Shown piece after piece: positions 55,629-58,783 of a stretch of 58,783 nucleotides of DNA. Positions within the stretch are counted from its first letter, which is position 1. Each line of letters opens with the position of its first letter. A model generated the notes under the pieces. It made no database searches. It worked only from the letters and a program-made list of their open reading frames with translations, and was not told the origin of the DNA. A program made the position numbers and the translations under genes. The stretch is from Candidatus Omnitrophota bacterium (lineage in GTDB: Bacteria; Omnitrophota; Gorgyraeia; Duberdicusellales; Duberdicusellaceae). The stretch spans positions 1-58,783 of the forward strand of contig JAGGSQ010000010.1 of NCBI GenBank assembly GCA_021159015.1. The letters run 5' to 3'.

Positions 55629-56069
55629 ATGGTATCAGGATTGGGAGATATGAATCTTTCTCTTATTTTGTCCGCAATTGGTTCAGGTTTTGGCACAGGG
55701 GTGGCTGGTATGGCGGCAATTGGGGCTTGGAAAAAAGCTTTCTTGCAGAATAAAGCTGCGCCTTTTATTTTAGTAGCCTTTGCCGGAGCTCCTCTTTCGC
55801 AGACTATTTACGGTATGATTCTGCGTAATGCTATCAAAACAGCCAATCTCCCTCCTGCTTCTTACCCTTATCAAATGCTCATCGGATTTTTGGGAGGGGT
55901 AGCTATTGGTATATCCGCCTGGATGCAGGGCAAAGCTGCGGCGCGCGCCTGTGATGCTTTGGCCGAAACGGGGAAAGGGTTCGGTAACTATATAATGATT
56001 CTGGGGATTATTGAGACAGTAGCCCTTTTTACCATGGTCTTTTGTATGACCGCTCTGCCCAAAGGATAA
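55629..56069 (+). CDS. atpK: V-type ATP synthase subunit K (proteolipid, double hairpin)
   Basis: Four TM segments, with PLSQTIYG, WMQGKAAA and GIIETVALF. The ATG at 55629 is 5 nt after AGGAGG. Confidence 0.9.
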   Translation: MVSGLGDMNLSLILSAIGSGFGTGVAGMAAIGAWKKAFLQNKAAPFILVAFAGAPLSQTIYGMILRNAIKTANLPPASYPYQMLIGFLGGVAIGISAWMQGKAAARACDALAETGKGFGNYIMILGIIETVALFTMVFCMTALPKG

Positions 56070-56071
56070 TA

Positions 56072-56099
56072 TTGCAAATTTATTATATTCTGGTATATT
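56072..56099 (+). promoter_or_regulatory. Promoter of tRNA-Val
   Basis: TTGCAA (56072-77), a 16-nt spacer, then an extended -10 TGgTATATT (56091-99). Confidence 0.5.
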
Positions 56100-56138
56100 T
56101 ATTAGGTGTTCTTTGATTTTGGTATAGAGAGATTTTAC

Positions 56139-56211
56139 GGGCGGTTGGCGCAGTTGGGAGCGCGTCTGGCTTACATTCAGAAGGTCAGAGGTTCAAATCC
56201 TCTACCGCCCA
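56139..56211 (+). tRNA. tRNA-Val(TAC)
   Basis: Acceptor GGGCGGT/ACCGCCC with discriminator A. The anticodon arm is TCTGG-CTTACAT-TCAGA and the T arm is AGAGG-TTCAAAT-CCTCT. Confidence 0.9.
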
Positions 56212-56226
56212 TTTACCGAAAAAATA

Positions 56227-56255
56227 TTGCAATAATACTTAAAACTTTTTATAAT
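56227..56255 (+). promoter_or_regulatory. Promoter of tRNA-Asp
   Basis: TTGCAA (56227-32), a 17-nt spacer, then TATAAT (56250-55). Confidence 0.55.
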
Positions 56256-56281
56256 CTTCTCACTTTGTAAAGAGTAAAAAT

Positions 56282-56357
56282 GGGGTCGTCGATTAGCCCG
56301 GTTTAAGTCCCCTGACTGTCGATCAGGTGATCGTGGGTTCAAATCCCATCGACCCCG
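56282..56357 (+). tRNA. tRNA-Asp(GTC)
   Basis: Acceptor GGGGTCG/CGACCCC with discriminator G. The anticodon arm is CCTGA-CTGTCGA-TCAGG and the T arm is GTGGG-TTCAAAT-CCCAT. Confidence 0.88.
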
Positions 56358-56453
56358 TTTATTCTCCCCAGATCTACCCCATAACCTTTAAATAGAAATA
56401 GACGTCTATCTTTGGCAATGCAAAAAACAAACTTGCTTTCAGCAAGAGCATTG

Positions 56454-56472
56454 TCAAATCCCATCGACCCCG
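56454..56472 (+). repeat. 19-bp direct repeat of the tRNA-Asp 3' end (att-like)
   Basis: tcaaatcccatcgaccccg at 56454-56472 is identical to 56339-56357, which covers half the T loop, the T stem, the 3' acceptor strand and the discriminator. Confidence 0.8.
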
Positions 56473-56586
56473 CCATCCTTCGCTATTCTGCAAGGATCCC
56501 TTTGTAGTAAGCTTCGTATGGCTTGCAGCCAAGTGTAACATATAAGGACAGTCCTATTTGGTTGCAGTTGCGGATTGCCAATTGCC

Positions 56587-56609
56587 AAAATCACACCTCG
56601 TAGGTGTGA
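56587..56609 (-). terminator. Intrinsic terminator downstream of the GT4 gene
   Basis: A perfect 8-bp stem tcacacct/aggtgtga with a 3-nt loop (56591-56609), followed on the minus strand by UUUU (56587-90). It lies 76 nt past the GT4 stop. Confidence 0.5.
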
Positions 56610-56684
56610 GAAGATACACTGTCGAACATTATATAATTCAATGCTATTTTTAAGAATCACCCAGACAATATCTGTTGCTGACTA

Positions 56685-57794
56685 CTAAAACATTTTCCTA
56701 TAGGTTTCATCCATAATTTCAGCATATTTGCTTATGTCAAATTTATCTCTTACTCGTATATATGCATTTTCTATACTGTGATTTCTAAAATCTTTATCAT
56801 AAAACATTTTTGTAACTGCATTTGCTATAGCATTAGGATCCTTTATGGGAATCAAAATTCCACTTTCTCCAGGAATAATAATCTCTTCTGGCCCCCCCGA
56901 ACAGGTAGCTACTACGGGAACTTTGGCAGCCATAGCTTCTATAACCACAAGCCCAAAAGGTTCTGTGTGTGAAGGTAATACAAAACAATCTAAAGCAGAA
57001 AATATATCTGGAACATCATCTCTTTGTCCAAGAAATATTAAATTGCTAGCCCCTACCTCTTCGGCATAATCTTTTAATTCCTGAAGCGATAAAGTAGAAT
57101 CTATTATTGAACCTCCTACCACTACAAACCTAATTTTGGGAAGTGTATCCCTTACTAAAGCAGCCGCCTTAATAAAATCTTTATGCCCTTTTCTGGGAGT
57201 AATTTGTGCAATCATACCCACTAAAAATTTATCGCTATCAATGTTAAGCTCTTTTCTTATTTTTCTCCTGATTTTCTCTGTCCTTTTAAACTTGTCTATA
57301 TCAATACCATCATATATAGTTCTAACATTGCAAGAGCTATTCTTAAAAAAAGAAGCCATATAATCAGACATAGCTATTAGTAAATCTGCTTTATCCAGCT
57401 TGAATTTTTTAATATGATCTTTCCTCGTAAACCATCTTATATGAGTGATGCAAGGAATGCCAATGGACTTAGCAACTAAAACTGAATATGGATTTAACCT
57501 GTAAGTATTACAATGAATCAGGTCTATCTTTAATTCTTTGACCATTTTTCTGATTTTAGGCAAAGTAAAAAGATAGTTCTGAGGTACGTTTTTTATCTTT
57601 CTCCATCCACGCATCTTTATAAAGCGGACTCTCACCCCAATTTTCTGTACAGCATTACTCAGAGGACCCTCATTTTGTAATAGCAAAGTGAGATTGTATT
57701 TATCTTTATCCATAGCTTTTATCAAATTGAGTAAGCCATATTCACCACCTCCTAGCTCAGAAATATGATTGATATATAAAATATTTTTTTTCAT
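56685..57794 (-). CDS. GT4-family (group 1) glycosyltransferase
   Basis: GT-B fold with the EX7E region HTEPFGLVVIEAMAAKVPVVATCSGGPEEII. It is visibly more AT-rich than the surrounding core genes (judged by eye). Confidence 0.85.
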   Translation of the reverse strand: MKKNILYINHISELGGGEYGLLNLIKAMDKDKYNLTLLLQNEGPLSNAVQKIGVRVRFIKMRGWRKIKNVPQNYLFTLPKIRKMVKELKIDLIHCNTYRLNPYSVLVAKSIGIPCITHIRWFTRKDHIKKFKLDKADLLIAMSDYMASFFKNSSCNVRTIYDGIDIDKFKRTEKIRRKIRKELNIDSDKFLVGMIAQITPRKGHKDFIKAAALVRDTLPKIRFVVVGGSIIDSTLSLQELKDYAEEVGASNLIFLGQRDDVPDIFSALDCFVLPSHTEPFGLVVIEAMAAKVPVVATCSGGPEEIIIPGESGILIPIKDPNAIANAVTKMFYDKDFRNHSIENAYIRVRDKFDISKYAEIMDETYRKMF

Positions 57795-57932
57795 CTAGGC
57801 AATTTAGATTCTTTAAATATATATAACATTCTATTCGCGGATTTAAACCGCCGAAACCGTTCAAAATACGTTAACCCTTTTTAGCATGCTCCTCTTTTGA
57901 TCTATATTATCGGCGGACAACCTTATCATAGT

Positions 57933-58783
57933 TGTACTGCTCCCCATTTGTCAAACAAAAATTTGTTGAGTTTCCGGTTTTTGTTTTGCATCTAATCTAT
58001 ATCTATAATAATCCTCCTCATATTGAAGAGGGGTTTTGTAATTAAGAGAAGAATGAGGATAAACAGCATTATAATTGCCTATCCATACCTTCAGGTTCTG
58101 CCTTAACTCTTCTACTGAATGGGATTCTCTTATCCAGATTAAATCCTCTTTAAGGGTTCTTATTACCCTCTTCCGCCTGAGGCGGATCTGCCTTTGGCAG
58201 ACAGTATCAGCATTGCCTTTGGGGTTGTTGTAGGATGTAAATATTTGTTTTATGCCTGAATCTTTACAGGCCTGCATAAATTTTAAAGATGTTGGCTGCG
58301 AGCCGTTGTCAGAAACAAGATAAAGGCATTCTCCTTTTAAAGTATCTCTTATCCCAAAGGGAAATTGGTTATTTAAGCCTGAATTTAAAGCATCAAGCCA
58401 GTCGCCGGTTTTTGAGGTAAAAGAAAGGCTGTATCCTGTAATCTTTTTAGTATACCAGTCTAATACTACTTGAAGGTATACCCAGCCTGTATCCTGTATA
58501 AGTATCTTGGTCATATCTATGCCCTAGATTTGATTAGGCCTTATAGGCTTTGGCTTTGATTTATAAGGAGTTCTGGCTCATCTGGCTTTCAGTTTGTTTT
58601 CTTTTGTTACTAAAAGATTGTTCTTCTTCATAAGCCGAAATACCCTCTTCTTGTTGATATTAAACCTTTCTCTATACTTTAAATATGCCCATACCCTCCT
58701 ATATTCCCAAAAAGGGTGTTCTTGCTTAGGTAATGTGCTAAAATTTCTGTAAAAATAAAGCGGCATGAGGTATCCTGAGGTTA
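57933..58783 (-). mobile_element. IS3-family insertion sequence, 3' part (truncated by the window edge), degenerate
   Basis: It has an rve/DDE integrase core and an HTH_21-like region on the minus strand. The terminus at 57933-57950 is also found as a solo copy at 9-49. Confidence 0.75.
57951..58783 (-). pseudogene. IS3-family transposase OrfB interrupted by two in-frame stops
   Basis: A single reading frame gives ...YRRVWAYLKY..INKKRVFRLMKKNNLL..KAR-TGA(58578-80)-ARTPYKSKPKPIRPNQI-TAG(58524-26)-GIDMTKILIQDTGWVYLQVVLDWYTKKITGYS...VSDNGSQ. The TAG sits where the family has a conserved Trp (TGG). Confidence 0.7.

Noticed and set aside
56454-56660. A 68-aa minus-strand ORF downstream of the GT4 gene.
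   Set aside because: It spans the GT4 terminator hairpin and ends in the duplicated tRNA-Asp fragment. It has no RBS or motif and is most likely non-coding.

Overview
This is a chromosomal segment from a diderm bacterium (it carries BamA, Skp and the lipid A genes) with a compact, apparently anaerobic gene set. I cannot assign a taxon from the sequence. The gene content includes single-chain PFOR, split transketolase, an LpxC-FabZ fusion, LpxI and a 7-gene V-type ATPase ordered E-X-A-B-D-I-K. That content resembles uncultivated PVC/FCB-like lineages, but this is inference only.

There are about 60 genes. From 10.2 to 56.1 kb every gene is on the + strand, and many starts and stops overlap.

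Gene content in order:
- 0.4-10.1 kb: two DsbD/CcdA-like membrane proteins and TPR proteins around a fused NAPRTase-nicotinamidase, then PFOR with a small ferredoxin, then a PpiD-like chaperone (the only minus-strand core gene).
- 10.2-13.9 kb: hisG, an unannotated 29-aa basic ORF, a TPR gene with an in-frame TAG near its 5' end, and split transketolase.
- 13.9-21.6 kb: a Bacillus-like ispE-spoVG-(tRNA-Gln)-glmU-prs-ctc-pth block, then rpsF-ssb-rpsR-rplI-dnaB.
- 21.6-28.4 kb: bamA-skp-lpxD-lpxC/fabZ-lpxA-lpxI.
- 28.4-29.7 kb: a tRNA islet with Arg-TCG, a decayed methyltransferase, Leu-CAA with a triplicated leader, and Ala-GGC.
- 29.7-49.1 kb: an HPP membrane protein, then a long pyr/car cluster (pyrR with attenuator, pyrB, pyrC, carA, carB, pyrK, pyrD, pyrF). 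The cluster is interrupted by EndoQ-like, flavodoxin-like, tRNA-Arg-CCG, LOG-like, ArnC/LAB_N/ArnT-like, yjbQ, mutM, pabB-pabC, GT2 and half-size TauE genes.
- 49.1-56.4 kb: the V-type ATPase operon, then tRNA-Val and tRNA-Asp.
- 56.4-58.8 kb: a small accessory patch with a duplicated tRNA-Asp 3' end, an AT-rich GT4 gene and a degenerate IS3-family element.

I found no rRNA, no CRISPR and no recognisable defence, toxin or secretion system. I did not find a convincing new multi-gene system. The most unusual items are:
- the triplicated tRNA-Leu leader behind a palindromic back-to-back promoter;
- the repair and nucleosidase-like genes embedded in the pyr operon;
- several domain fusions and insertions (PncB-PncA, SpoVG zinc ribbon, PabB-PabC);
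- the bS22-like micro-ORF;
- the tRNA-Asp att-like duplication.

All coordinates were counted by hand. Promoter and terminator calls are motif-level only.
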